DNA of 64,000 nt. Origin: Chthoniobacteraceae bacterium. GTDB lineage: Bacteria > Verrucomicrobiota > Verrucomicrobiia > Chthoniobacterales > Chthoniobacteraceae. Under the pieces are notes generated by a model. It was not told the origin of the DNA, made no database searches, and saw nothing but the letters and a program-made list of their open reading frames with translations. Shown in pieces: positions 16,801-26,344 of this stretch. Where the stretch lies: positions 1-64,000 of the forward strand of contig JANNWY010000198.1 in assembly GCA_031409335.1 (NCBI GenBank), written 5' to 3'. Numbering within the stretch: position 1 is the stretch's first letter; every line of letters begins with the position of its first letter. A program made the position numbers and the translations under genes.

Positions 16801-19800
16801 CAGTCCGGCGCGATCACCGTGGCGAACAATGCCGCGCTGAATGGCGGGCAGAATATCGTGCTGCAAACTACGGCCACGGACGACGGTGGCGGCATCTTCG
16901 CACCGCTGGCGAAAACGGCGACGGTGACGATGAACGTGCTGCAAGTGCTCAACCTCGTGAGCCCGACCGGACCGAACGTCAACATCCCGGCCGGAGTCGG
17001 CATCGCGTTTGAAACGAACAACGACGGACGCGCCGGCACGACGCTCGCGTGGACCAAAGTCAGCGGCCCCGGCACCGTGACTTTTGACAACACGAACAGT
17101 CTCAGCACCGGCGCGTCTTTCTCGACGGCGGGAACCTACGTGCTGCGCTGCACCGAGACCGGCGCGCTGAATCCGATCGCGGTCGATTTCACCGTGAATT
17201 CCGGCGTCGTGGACTACGGATTCACCGCCGCGAAAGTCGGCGCGCAGACCCTCGCACCGAGCCATGCCCAGACCGACGGATCGTTCGCGATCAGCGCTGC
17301 GGGCTTGGGAATTCCGAGCGCCGGGACGCCGGATGACTTTTATTTCATCCACCGCGCGATCACTGGAAACGTGACGATCACCGCGCGGGTCGTGAGCGTG
17401 GGAGACATCAGCGGCTCGGATTCGCGCGCTGGCGTGATGATCCGCGAAACGCTCGCCGCCGATGCGCGCGAAGCCTTCTGCGGCGTGACGGCGGCGGACG
17501 GCGGGCGCTTCATCTATCGGGCCGCCGCGGCGACGAGCAGCGCCAGCGCCAGCGCGACGGCCGCGCGACCATACTGGGTGCGCCTCACTCGCGCGGGCAA
17601 TTCTTTCACCGCGCAAATCGCGCCGGATTCTGCGGGAACGCCCGGCGCTTTCACCGCGCTCGGCACGGCGCAGACGATCGCGATGGGTGCCGAGGTGTTC
17701 ATCGGCATCGCCGCGACGAGCGGTTCCGAGACGGCGTTGGGCAGCAGCGTGATCGACAAAATCACGATCGCGCCAAATCCGGCCAACATCGGCGCAACGG
17801 TCAACGCAGGACCGGATGCCAGCGTCGCATTCACGAGCACCGCGAATCTGAACGGCAGCGCGACCGACGACGCGAAGCCCGCGCCGCCCGCGGCGTTCAC
17901 GACCTCATGGAGCAAGGCGGGCGGACCGGGCGTCGTCACCTTTGGCAGCACGAACGCAATCGACACCACTGCGACTTTCACCCTGCCCGGCATCCACACG
18001 CTGCGCCTCACGGTGGACGATGGCGCGGTGCGCACGTTCGATCAGGTGGCGATCAATGCGACTTCGCCGACGACCATCACCATCACCGCCAGCGATGCCG
18101 CGGCGAGCGAGCAGGGATCGGGCACGGGGCAGTTCACCTTCACGCGCAGCGGGCCGACGGCGGGCGCGCTCACGGTGAATTTTTCCATCGGCGGCACGGC
18201 ATCCGCCGCTGACTACGCGGCGCTGCCGGCCACCGTGGAAATCCCCGACGGGCTCACCAGCGCGACGCTGCTCGTTACGCCAAACGACGATGCAACGATC
18301 GAAGGATCGGAGACCGTCGTCGCGACGCTCACCCCTGGCCTTTACAACCTCGGCGCGCCCGGCAGTGCGACCATCACGATCGCGGATAACGACGTGGCCC
18401 CGAGCGTCACGATCACCAGCCCGACTGCGGCGACGGTGAATGTTCCCATCAACACCGGCCTCATCCTCGAAGCGGCGGCAACCGACGACGGCCTGCCAGG
18501 CGCGCTCACGTTCTCGTGGAGCAAAGTGAGCGGGGCCGGCACCGTCACGTTTGGCAGCGGCAGCGCGGTGAATTCCACGGCGACATTCTCCGCGGCTGGC
18601 ACCTACGTGCTGCGGCTCGCGGCGAGCGACGGGCAGTTTGGCGGCAACGATCAAGTCACCGTGAACGTGGGCATCGTGGATCAATTTTTCACGGGCTCGG
18701 AAGTCGGCGCGCAAACGGTGAATCCGACCCACACGTTCACCAACGGCGCCTACACGATGCGCGCCGCTGGCAATGGCATCCCAAGCTCCGCCACGCCGGA
18801 TGATTTCTATTTCCTCAACACAACGGTCACCGGCAACGTCACGATCACCGCGCGCATCGTCAGCGTTCAAAACGTGGACGGAACGAGCTCGCGCGCTGGC
18901 GTGATGATCCGCAACAGTCTCGCCGCTGACGCCGTGTCCGCCTTCTGTGGCGTGAGCAGCCTCGGCAGCGGGCGGTGGATTTATCGCGCCACCGCCGCCA
19001 CCGCGAACGCGAATGCGCAGGCCACCGCAGGCCAGCCGTATTGGGTGAAACTCATCCGCACGGGCAGCACCTTCACCGCGCAATACGCGCCCGACAGCGC
19101 GGGCGTGCCGGGCAGTTTCACCACGGCGGGCACCGCGCAGACGCTCACCATGGGCGGCACCGTTTTCGTCGGCCTCGCCGCCAGCAGCGGCTCCACGACC
19201 ACCGCCGGCACCGCGGTCCTCGACAAAGTGACGATCACTCCCGCGACCGCGAACATCGCGCCGACCGTGAACGCCGGCCCCGATCTCAGCGTCACGCTGC
19301 CAGCCGCGGCGTCGCTGAATGGCACCGTGGCCGATGACGCCAAACCCGCGCCGCTCGTCACCGCATGGAGCAAAATCAGCGGCCCCGCTGCCGTCGCCTT
19401 CGGCAACACCGCGCTCGTGGATACCACCGCGTCCTTCACCCTCGCTGGCAGCCATGCCCTGCGGCTCATCGCGAATGACGGCCAGGTGAAAACCTTCGAC
19501 GACACCGCGATCACGACGACGCTCCCGCCGATCGAGCAATGGCGGCAGGCGCGCTTCGGCGCGGATGCTGGCAATCCCGCCATCGCCGGCGACCTCGCGA
19601 ATCCCGACGGCGACGCCTACAACAACCTCCTCGAATACGCCCTCGACCTCGACCCGCTCGCCGCCAGCCCGAGCGGCATCGTCGCCGAATTGGAAACCAT
19701 TGGCGCGGACAATTTCCTCCGCCTCACCGTCTCGAAAAATCCCGCCGCGACTGACATCACCTTCAGCATCGAAGTCACTGGCGACATCACCACGCCCGCA

Positions 19801-19923
19801 TCGTGGAGCAGCGCCGGCACGACGGTGGAAACCAACTCCAGCACCCAACTCCGGGCGCGCGACAACGTGCCGACCACCGCCGCCACACAGCGCAGCATCC
19901 GCCTGAAGGTGATGCATCCGTAA
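13828..19923 (+). CDS. Secreted multidomain zinc metalloprotease (reprolysin/M12-like) with cadherin, PA14, PKD-like, Calx-beta and beta-sandwich modules
   Basis: N-terminal hydrophobic signal (MNRYRVLLLSLAALLAL); zinc motif HEIGHTLGLGH; cadherin-type ENS..TAVGTV and TDVNE motifs; PA14 GSYTFWISSDDG; C-terminal NPDGDAYNNLLEYALDLDP. ATG 13801 is an alternative start. Confidence 0.85.
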   Translation: MNRYRVLLLSLAALLALSLCFLNQDRPAATSPGIAKATAPTAVAAPVTAVPGETAAAALPKIVPRATGAVGRGPGFRRVPAASDAVARNGRAPAALPLPPNFLDSIVDASGTRAAFTLPDGRAAAGTVELLRRDADGVLLAQGRLSEPQEGFYFFQRQTEPGVAGPLVGNVRFDEGDTAFRVVPTGPGFGPALVEHRLDQVVCVNLVPPDRERLAAAGPENAPQTHPTGIPIPGYQNGVVPLQSLPGAPGVIYLDFDGETGPFSGWGSFDAAPSGANNTQIEEVWQRIAEDFQAFNLNVTTDRKVFDNTTQGRRQHVLLTPTTTAAPGAGGVAYIGSFNNTGDTVCWAFYSVGKSAAEVASHEIGHTLGLGHDGRITPDETYYGGQGSGETGWAPIMGVGYYQNFVQWSKGEYASANNTEDDLAILVGNNNSVDYRVDDFTATFATAPYLEILANNTVSNEGIIETRADVDAFRFTSAGGAVSLVVSTVNTAPNLDILAEIYNAANVLIVTANPELGLSATVAANLVAGDYTLRVSGVGRGSPLVDGYTDYASLGAYLISGTVANGVKADRFSVAENSVNTTAVGTVAPRLTHGANPLTFAISSGNTGNAFAMDAVTGEITVATAAQLNFETLSTRWDAPATFQLFVTITDATDPLLNETLRIVVTVTDVNELPTITGGSVTIPERASIGTKVFVVTGGDPDRFEFPRFSIVAGNAGNAFAIDAVSGQITIAAGTDFAVQPVYTLTVRATDHGTPALSADGTVTITLIAIPAGYTPGTIIRTFFENITGNPVSSLTGNANFPNNPNSEQVLTSFDGGLDHGDNYGSTLRGYLIPPTTGSYTFWISSDDGGELRISPNAAPASAVVRATLANASNQYQWNANASQQSVAIALTVGTPYYIEARHKEGSGADHIAVAWQGPGITQRVIGGAYLAPYRQNYAPNFVGAPYTFPVGENAANGTLVGTVSATDVNNHAFTFSITSGNTGGAFAIDAQSGAITVANNAALNGGQNIVLQTTATDDGGGIFAPLAKTATVTMNVLQVLNLVSPTGPNVNIPAGVGIAFETNNDGRAGTTLAWTKVSGPGTVTFDNTNSLSTGASFSTAGTYVLRCTETGALNPIAVDFTVNSGVVDYGFTAAKVGAQTLAPSHAQTDGSFAISAAGLGIPSAGTPDDFYFIHRAITGNVTITARVVSVGDISGSDSRAGVMIRETLAADAREAFCGVTAADGGRFIYRAAAATSSASASATAARPYWVRLTRAGNSFTAQIAPDSAGTPGAFTALGTAQTIAMGAEVFIGIAATSGSETALGSSVIDKITIAPNPANIGATVNAGPDASVAFTSTANLNGSATDDAKPAPPAAFTTSWSKAGGPGVVTFGSTNAIDTTATFTLPGIHTLRLTVDDGAVRTFDQVAINATSPTTITITASDAAASEQGSGTGQFTFTRSGPTAGALTVNFSIGGTASAADYAALPATVEIPDGLTSATLLVTPNDDATIEGSETVVATLTPGLYNLGAPGSATITIADNDVAPSVTITSPTAATVNVPINTGLILEAAATDDGLPGALTFSWSKVSGAGTVTFGSGSAVNSTATFSAAGTYVLRLAASDGQFGGNDQVTVNVGIVDQFFTGSEVGAQTVNPTHTFTNGAYTMRAAGNGIPSSATPDDFYFLNTTVTGNVTITARIVSVQNVDGTSSRAGVMIRNSLAADAVSAFCGVSSLGSGRWIYRATAATANANAQATAGQPYWVKLIRTGSTFTAQYAPDSAGVPGSFTTAGTAQTLTMGGTVFVGLAASSGSTTTAGTAVLDKVTITPATANIAPTVNAGPDLSVTLPAAASLNGTVADDAKPAPLVTAWSKISGPAAVAFGNTALVDTTASFTLAGSHALRLIANDGQVKTFDDTAITTTLPPIEQWRQARFGADAGNPAIAGDLANPDGDAYNNLLEYALDLDPLAASPSGIVAELETIGADNFLRLTVSKNPAATDITFSIEVTGDITTPASWSSAGTTVETNSSTQLRARDNVPTTAATQRSIRLKVMHP

Positions 19924-20074
19924 AAAAGGCGGGCGGAGTGGAGTGTCCGCTTTCCGGCGCTGCGCCGGTGGGCCGATCTCTGCTTTGGTTCCACATCCGA
20001 TCACACCCGGTTCAGTCGGCCGCCGCGAGCGAGCTTTGGAAACTTTGCACCGGTCTGCTACGGTTCGCGCCCAC

Positions 20075-20854
20075 ATGGCGGAACTCACGATCACTTTTCT
20101 CGGCACCGGGACTTCGATGGGCGTGCCGGTGATCGGGTGCGATTGCGAAGTGTGCGCGTCCACCGATCCGCGCGACCGGCGGACGCGCTCGTCCATTTAT
20201 GTGGAAACGCCCGAAGCCTCGTGGGTCGTCGATACGGGGCCGGATTTTCGCGCGCAGGCTTTGCGGGAAAATTTGCGGCGGCTCGACGCGGTGGTTTATA
20301 CCCACTCGCACACCGATCACGTCATGGGTTTCGACGATTTGCGCCCGTTCTGCCACGGCGGTTTCGATATTCCGATTCACGCCTCGGCGGAAACGATGGA
20401 CGATTTGCGGCGGGTTTTTGTCTTCGCGTTCAACGGGGAGAATCGCTGGCCGGGCTACGTGCGCCCGCTTCCACGCTTGATCGCCGGGGATTTCACGCTC
20501 GGCGCGACGACCCTCACGCCGCTGCCCGTCGAACACGGACGCGCGCACGTGAACGGCTTTCTTTTTACCCGCGGCGGCGTGCCGCTCGCCGCGTATTTGA
20601 GCGATTGCAAGATCGTGCCGCCCGCGGTGATTGAACGGATCGCGGGGGTGCGGCATCTCATCGTCGATGCCCTCCGAATTGAACCGCACCCGACCCATAT
20701 GAACGTGGCCGAAGCCCTGGAAGTTTCGCGAAAAGTCGCGCCGAATCAGACGTGGTTCACTCATCTGAGTCACGATCTGCGGCACGCGGAACTGGAGCGC
20801 ACGCTGCCTGAAAATGTGCGCGTCGCATTTGATGGCATGAAGATTTCGCCATGA
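20075..20854 (+). CDS. MBL-fold metallo-hydrolase (PhnP-like)
   Basis: FLGTGTSMGVPVIGCDC, THSHTDH metal motif, HPTHM and THLSH; upstream TTGGAA-N17-TACGGT supports the 20075 start. Confidence 0.9.
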   Translation: MAELTITFLGTGTSMGVPVIGCDCEVCASTDPRDRRTRSSIYVETPEASWVVDTGPDFRAQALRENLRRLDAVVYTHSHTDHVMGFDDLRPFCHGGFDIPIHASAETMDDLRRVFVFAFNGENRWPGYVRPLPRLIAGDFTLGATTLTPLPVEHGRAHVNGFLFTRGGVPLAAYLSDCKIVPPAVIERIAGVRHLIVDALRIEPHPTHMNVAEALEVSRKVAPNQTWFTHLSHDLRHAELERTLPENVRVAFDGMKISP

Positions 20855-22452
20855 GCATCGGGTGGATTTTCGGTGCGGCGATTGGTTTCGCAGCGTTCCT
20901 TTTCGAGCCGGATGTCGTCGTCGCCGCGAATGCGCCAAAGGTCGTTCCCGCAAAGCCCGCGCGGACTCCGCAGGCCCCGGCGGCCAGTGCGGAAGCGGCT
21001 GCGACGATCGTGGTTTTCAATTCGCACGACAATGAGTCCGCCGCGCTCGCGCGCTTTTACGCGGGGAAACGCGGCATCCCGGAGGATCGCGTGGTCGGGC
21101 TGAAATGCCCGGCGCAGGAGGAGATCACGCGGGCGGATTTCGATGCGACGATCGCGGAGCCGCTGCGCGAGATTTTCACAAAACGCAACTGGTGGGATCC
21201 GCGTCCGCTGGATCATCCGCTCGGGAGAATCGAGCGCAATCGCATCAAGTTCGTGGCGCTGATGCGTGGGATGCCGCTGAAGATCGCGCCGGTGGGGATT
21301 TATGTCGGCGACAAGCCCGGTGGCCCTCCCGAAGCCGCGGGCCAAAACGAGGCATCCGTGGATTCCGAACTCGCGGTGCTCGCTGCATACAACCGCGCGA
21401 TTTCCGGCCCGCGCGCCAATGAATACTTTCACAGCTACGCGCGCATCCTCGATCTGAATCCGCCCGGATTGATGCTCGTCTGCCGGCTCGATGCGCCGAC
21501 CAAGGCGATGGTGGAAAAGATGATCAACGACTCGCTCTTCGCGGAGAAGGAAGGCCTGCGCGGACTGGCCTACATGGACGCGCGAAACATCACCCAGGCG
21601 GGCTACAAGGAAGGCGATAAATGGATTTACGCCGCGGCGAATGAGTGTCGCAAGCATGGCATCCCGGCAATCCTCGACAACGGCGAGGGGCTTTTTCCCG
21701 AGGCATATCCGATGACGCGCGCGGCGCTTTATTACGGCTGGTACACGGGAAATGTGACCGGGCCATTCCTGCGGCCGGACTTCCGTTTTCCGCGCGGTGC
21801 CGTCGCGATCCACATCCACTCCTACAGCGCGCAGACGCTGCGCAATCCGCGGAGCAACTGGTGCGGGCCGCTGATCGCCGCGGGAGCGGCGGCGACCTTC
21901 GGCAGCGTGTACGAGCCGTATCTCGCGTTCACGCCGCAGATCGACATTTTCAACGATCGCCTGCTCGCCGGATTCACCTTTGCCGAGAGCGCGTGGATGG
22001 CGCAGCGCGCGACCTCGTGGCAGACGACGATGATCGGCGACCCGCTTTACCGGCCCTTCAAATATATCAACGAACTCGACGCGAAGGCCGCCTCCGGCGA
22101 ATGGGATGCGTTTCGCGCGGGCACGAAAATCTGGTTTGAGAAAGGTCGTGAATCCGGCGCGGCATCGCTCCGGGCATCGGCGAAGCGACTGCGCAGTGGC
22201 GTGATTTCGGAAGGTCTCGGGCTGCTGGAATTGACGACGGCCAACGGCAACGAAGCCGCGCTCACCGCCTTTCGCGAAGCGCGCAAAGCCTACACTTCGC
22301 CGGACGACATCGTGCGCTCGGCGATCCACGAGGTGATCCTGCTGCGCGGCATGAACCGCGCCTCGGACGCGGTCGTGCTCTCCGGGAAAATGGCGGACAG
22401 CTACAAGAAAGTGCGCGCAGTGGAAGTGCTGCGGATGCTGACAGGAACATAA
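20851..22452 (+). CDS. TIGR03790 family protein
   Basis: ASVDSEL, MLVCRLD, YYGWY, GAVAIHIHSYSA, GSVYEPYL and IGDPLYRPF motifs; ATGA overlap with the upstream gene. Confidence 0.85.
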   Translation: MSIGWIFGAAIGFAAFLFEPDVVVAANAPKVVPAKPARTPQAPAASAEAAATIVVFNSHDNESAALARFYAGKRGIPEDRVVGLKCPAQEEITRADFDATIAEPLREIFTKRNWWDPRPLDHPLGRIERNRIKFVALMRGMPLKIAPVGIYVGDKPGGPPEAAGQNEASVDSELAVLAAYNRAISGPRANEYFHSYARILDLNPPGLMLVCRLDAPTKAMVEKMINDSLFAEKEGLRGLAYMDARNITQAGYKEGDKWIYAAANECRKHGIPAILDNGEGLFPEAYPMTRAALYYGWYTGNVTGPFLRPDFRFPRGAVAIHIHSYSAQTLRNPRSNWCGPLIAAGAAATFGSVYEPYLAFTPQIDIFNDRLLAGFTFAESAWMAQRATSWQTTMIGDPLYRPFKYINELDAKAASGEWDAFRAGTKIWFEKGRESGAASLRASAKRLRSGVISEGLGLLELTTANGNEAALTAFREARKAYTSPDDIVRSAIHEVILLRGMNRASDAVVLSGKMADSYKKVRAVEVLRMLTGT

Positions 22453-22533
22453 TCTCCTGCTCCTGCTCCTGCTCTTGATCTTGATCCCGCCCGGAAGGAG
22501 ATCAGGATCAGGAGCAAGAGCAGGATCAAGATT
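22451..22533. repeat. Hexamer tandem-repeat inverted repeat (CCTGCT/CTTGAT vs GATCAG/GAGCAG)
   Basis: Five hexamers at 22456-22485 are mirrored by five complementary hexamers at 22500-22529; the element fills almost the whole intergenic gap. Confidence 0.85.
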
Positions 22534-22542
22534 CACTGCGCG

Positions 22543-23901
22543 ATGGATTTCTCCCAACGATACGCCGCCATCCTCGAAACTCGCCTGCACGAGACGCCGC
22601 TGCTGCGGGTGCCGCGGCAGCTCGATGAGATGGAATTGCAGGCGCACTGGTTCGCGGGGGATTTCGGACGCGACTTCACGACGACGGCGGGTGAGGCGGT
22701 GCGCGTGGTGCAATTCGGCGTGTGGAATCGTGAGGCCGGGCCGGATTTCTCCAACGCCGCAATCTCGCTGAATGGCGGCGAACCCGTGCGCGGCGCGATC
22801 GAACTCGACCCTGATGCGCGCGATTGGGAGCGGCACGGTCACGCGACCAATCCCGACTACGAAAACGTCGCGCTCCACGTCTTCCCGCAGAAACCGGAAT
22901 GCGAGATTTTTACGCGCACCGCACAACATCGCAACATCCCGCAAGTGCTGCTCGACGTGAGCCGTCTCGACGATCCGCCGAACCCGCAACCCGATGCGAA
23001 ACTGGGTCACTGCTCGGGTCCGCTCCGTGAATTGCCCGAGGAAAAAGTGCGCGAAGTCCTGCTCGGCGCGGCGATGCATCGGCTGCGCCGAAAATCCGCC
23101 GCGCTCACGCGGCTCGCCGAACTCCACGGCCCCGACGATGCGCTTTACCAGGGTCTCGCCGCGACGCTCGGCTACAAAAGCAACAAGCTGCCTTTCACTC
23201 TGCTTGCCCAGCGCCTCCCGCTGCGGCTGATGCGCGCGGCGAAAGGCGATGCCGACGCGCTGCTCTTCGGCGTTGCGGGATTCCTCGATGCGCCGGACCT
23301 CGCCGCATTCGAGTCCGACACGCGCTCCTATCTGCGCGGGCTGTGGGAAAAATGGTGGCCGCGTCGCGCCGAGCACGAGCGCCTCACCTTCGCGCGCAAG
23401 CTCTGGCGATTCGGTGGCCAGCGTCCCGCGAATCACCCGCAGCGCCGCCTCGCGGCCCTCGCGCAGATCGTCCGCCAATGGCCGAAAATCCGCGCCCTGC
23501 GCGATGCCTGCGAAGCGGATGCGATCCACGATTTCTTCGGCGCGCTCTCGGATGAATACTGGGACTTTCACTACACCGTGACCTCGAAAACATCACCGAA
23601 ACGGATGGCGATCGTCGGCGATTCGCGCGTCACCGAAATGCTCGTAAACGTGTTCTTCCCCCTCGCCATCGCCGCCGATCCGCAGCGCGCCATCGGCTTC
23701 AAAAACCTCCCTGCATCGCTCAGCAACCGCCGCGTCGAAATCGCCGCGCTGCGCCTGTTCGGCGATCAACCACTCGCCACCACGCTGCTCAAAAATGCCG
23801 CGATGCAGCAGGGCCTGCTGCAAATCTACGAAGACTTCTGCATGCGCGACGCGAGCGATTGCAACGCGTGCCTTTTCCCACGCCAGCTCGCCCGCTGGTA
23901 A
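22543..23901 (+). CDS. DUF2851 family protein
   Basis: GVWNREAGPDF, DWERHGH, VALHV and RPANHPQRRLA motifs; C-terminal Cys cluster CMRDASDCNAC. Confidence 0.85.
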   Translation: MDFSQRYAAILETRLHETPLLRVPRQLDEMELQAHWFAGDFGRDFTTTAGEAVRVVQFGVWNREAGPDFSNAAISLNGGEPVRGAIELDPDARDWERHGHATNPDYENVALHVFPQKPECEIFTRTAQHRNIPQVLLDVSRLDDPPNPQPDAKLGHCSGPLRELPEEKVREVLLGAAMHRLRRKSAALTRLAELHGPDDALYQGLAATLGYKSNKLPFTLLAQRLPLRLMRAAKGDADALLFGVAGFLDAPDLAAFESDTRSYLRGLWEKWWPRRAEHERLTFARKLWRFGGQRPANHPQRRLAALAQIVRQWPKIRALRDACEADAIHDFFGALSDEYWDFHYTVTSKTSPKRMAIVGDSRVTEMLVNVFFPLAIAADPQRAIGFKNLPASLSNRRVEIAALRLFGDQPLATTLLKNAAMQQGLLQIYEDFCMRDASDCNACLFPRQLARW

Positions 23902-23983
23902 GAAGTCGCGTGGCCGGCGGAAGCCTTGCCCTCGCATGTGCGGCGGCGTTGCCATCGCGGCGCGGCGTGTTAGCTTCCGCGGC

Positions 23984-25297
23984 ATGAAAAAGCGGTTACT
24001 TCTCAGCACTTGCCTGCTACTCTTCGTTTTCAATGCGTTCCTCGGCGTCGTCGCGTTTCGCGCGGTCGCGGAAAACGAGGGGAAGGAGAAGTCGGACGCG
24101 GGTTATTCGAGCATGGCGGTTTTCGCGCGGGCGATGCAGTTGATCCGGCAGGATTATGTGGATGAATCGAAAGTCGATTACGAGGAACTCACGCACGCGG
24201 CGCTGCGCGGGATGCTTTCAAATCTCGATCCGCATTCGCAGTTCATGGAGCCGAAGGATTTCAAGGGAATGCAGGACGACACGAACAGCCGGTTCGGCGG
24301 GCTTGGAATCGTCGTCACCACGCGCGATGGAAATCTGGTGATCGTCACGCCGATGGAAGGCTCGCCGGGATTTCGCGCGGGGCTGCTGCCGGGCGATCAG
24401 ATCATCAAGATCGACGGGCAACCGACGGACAAATTCGATATTGGCGAAGCGATCAACCTGCTGCGCGGCGAGCCTGGGACGAAGGCGACGCTGACGATCA
24501 TGCGACCGTCCACGAAAGAGATTAAAGACTACCCGCTGACGCGCGAGAACATCAAGGTGGCGAGCGTGAAGGACGCAAAGCTGCTGCCCGCCGCGCAGGC
24601 TGGTGAATTCAAGATCGGCTACGCGCGCATCACGCAATTCAACGTGCCAACCGCGGCGGATCTCGCGGCGAAACTCGACGAGCTGGAAGGGCAGGGGATG
24701 CAGGCATTCGTGCTCGATCTGCGCTACAATCCGGGCGGACTGCTCCAGAGCGCGGTCGAAGTCGCGGGGCAATTCGTGCCGCCGAAAACCATGGTCGTTT
24801 CCACCGAAGGCCGCTCGCCGTCGCAGACAAAAAAGTATGAGACCCCGGCGAAATCCAAGGTGCGTCCGAAGTATCCGATCGCCTTGCTGATCAACAACGG
24901 CAGCGCCAGCGCCTCCGAAATCGTGGCTGGCGCGCTGAAGGATTTGAACCGCGCGATCCTGGTGGGCGAGACCACTTTTGGGAAAGGCTCGGTGCAGAGC
25001 GTCGTGCAGCTCCAGGATGGCTCCGCGCTGCGGCTCACCACCGCGAAATATTACACGCCAAGCCATCAAGTCATCCACGAGCACGGCGTGTCGCCAACGA
25101 TCCGGGCGACGATGACGGCGGACCAGGAGCGGATGCTGATGATGCAGCGGCGCGAGGATGGGTATGGCGAAAGCGAACGAAAAGACCTCGCGGATTTTCA
25201 CGATTTGCAACTCGATCGCGCGGTGGATGCGCTGAAAGGCGTGCTGATTTACGGACAGAAAAACGACGGCACGAGAAAGGCTTCCCAAAAGGAGTGA
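23984..25297 (+). CDS. ctpA: Carboxyl-terminal processing protease, S41 family
   Basis: Signal/TM N-terminus, LDPHS, PDZ domain, LDLRYNPGG, SASASEI and TFGKGSVQ. Confidence 0.92.
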   Translation: MKKRLLLSTCLLLFVFNAFLGVVAFRAVAENEGKEKSDAGYSSMAVFARAMQLIRQDYVDESKVDYEELTHAALRGMLSNLDPHSQFMEPKDFKGMQDDTNSRFGGLGIVVTTRDGNLVIVTPMEGSPGFRAGLLPGDQIIKIDGQPTDKFDIGEAINLLRGEPGTKATLTIMRPSTKEIKDYPLTRENIKVASVKDAKLLPAAQAGEFKIGYARITQFNVPTAADLAAKLDELEGQGMQAFVLDLRYNPGGLLQSAVEVAGQFVPPKTMVVSTEGRSPSQTKKYETPAKSKVRPKYPIALLINNGSASASEIVAGALKDLNRAILVGETTFGKGSVQSVVQLQDGSALRLTTAKYYTPSHQVIHEHGVSPTIRATMTADQERMLMMQRREDGYGESERKDLADFHDLQLDRAVDALKGVLIYGQKNDGTRKASQKE

Positions 25298-26298
25298 AAC
25301 GTCCGCAGACAGTGCTCGCGATCGAAACGTCGTGCGATGAAACGGCGGTCGCGATCCTGCGGGAAACGACCCTGCTCGCGAGCGAGGTCGCGTCGCAAAT
25401 CGCGATCCATGCGCCGTTTGGCGGCGTGGTGCCGGAGGTCGCCTCGCGCAATCATTTGCGAATGCTCAAGCCCGTGCTGCTGCGCGCGCTCGCCACTGCG
25501 AAAATCAACCTCGATTCCGTGGATGTATTCGCCGCCACGAACGGCCCGGGCCTTGCCACTTCGCTGATGATCGGCACGTCCGCGGCGAAGGGACTCGCGG
25601 TCGCGGCGGGCCGGCCATTCCTCGCGATCAATCATCTCGAAGGGCACCTGCTTTCGCCATTTTTTGGAACGTCGGAAGGCGTGCGGCCCTGCGTCGGGCT
25701 CGTCGTGAGCGGCGGGCACACGCTGCTCGTGGATGTCGAGGGTTTGGACAAATATCGCGTGCTCGGCCAGACGCTCGATGACGCCGCGGGCGAGGCTTTC
25801 GACAAAGTCGGGAAACTGCTCGGCCTGCCCTATCCCGGCGGGCCAAATGTGAATCATCTCTCGCTCGGCGGTGATCCGAAGGCGCATCCTTTTCCGCGCA
25901 GCATGATCGACTCGGGCGACTTTTCGTTCAGTTTCAGCGGACTGAAAACCTCGATGCGTTATTTGCTGCCGAAACTCGACACGCTGCATCTGCCGGATTT
26001 GTGCGCCTCGTTTCAAGAAGCCGTGGTCGATGTGCTCGTCGCAAAAACGATGCAGGCTACCGCCGCGACGGGGCGCGGCGTGGTGGCGATCAGCGGCGGC
26101 GTGAGTTGCAATACGCGGTTGCGGGAGAAAATGGCGGAGGCGTGCGAGGCGCACGGAATCGAGCTGCTGGCCGCCGAGACGGCGCTCTGCACGGATAACG
26201 CCGCGATGATCGCGCACGTCGCCGGGTTGAAATACGAGAGCGGAAAAAGGACGCCCGTCGCAGTGGATATCGACCCGAATCTCCGGCTGGTGGCGTGA
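25294..26298 (+). CDS. tsaD: tRNA N6-adenosine threonylcarbamoyltransferase
   Basis: LAIETSCDET, GGVVPEVASRNH, NHLEGH, DDAAGEAFDK and CTDNAAMIA; GTGA overlap with ctpA. Confidence 0.96.
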   Translation: MKRPQTVLAIETSCDETAVAILRETTLLASEVASQIAIHAPFGGVVPEVASRNHLRMLKPVLLRALATAKINLDSVDVFAATNGPGLATSLMIGTSAAKGLAVAAGRPFLAINHLEGHLLSPFFGTSEGVRPCVGLVVSGGHTLLVDVEGLDKYRVLGQTLDDAAGEAFDKVGKLLGLPYPGGPNVNHLSLGGDPKAHPFPRSMIDSGDFSFSFSGLKTSMRYLLPKLDTLHLPDLCASFQEAVVDVLVAKTMQATAATGRGVVAISGGVSCNTRLREKMAEACEAHGIELLAAETALCTDNAAMIAHVAGLKYESGKRTPVAVDIDPNLRLVA

Positions 26299-26344
26299 AA
26301 TTGCACCCCGGCTGCTCACCGCCTACCCTCTTGATGCGTTATGA
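26297..26344 (+). pseudogene. C-terminal remnant of a DUF6883-like gene
   Basis: Reads EIAPRLLTAYPLDAL*, with its TGA overlapping the DUF4926 ATG. PRLxTAYP is the tail typical of genes that precede DUF4926 genes. Confidence 0.6.

Noticed and set aside
20770..23571. Long antisense ORFs (933 aa here; also 13825-16287, 17905-20196, 5703-7232, 44582-46255)
   Set aside because: They are shadows of real genes on the opposite strand, expected in high-GC DNA.
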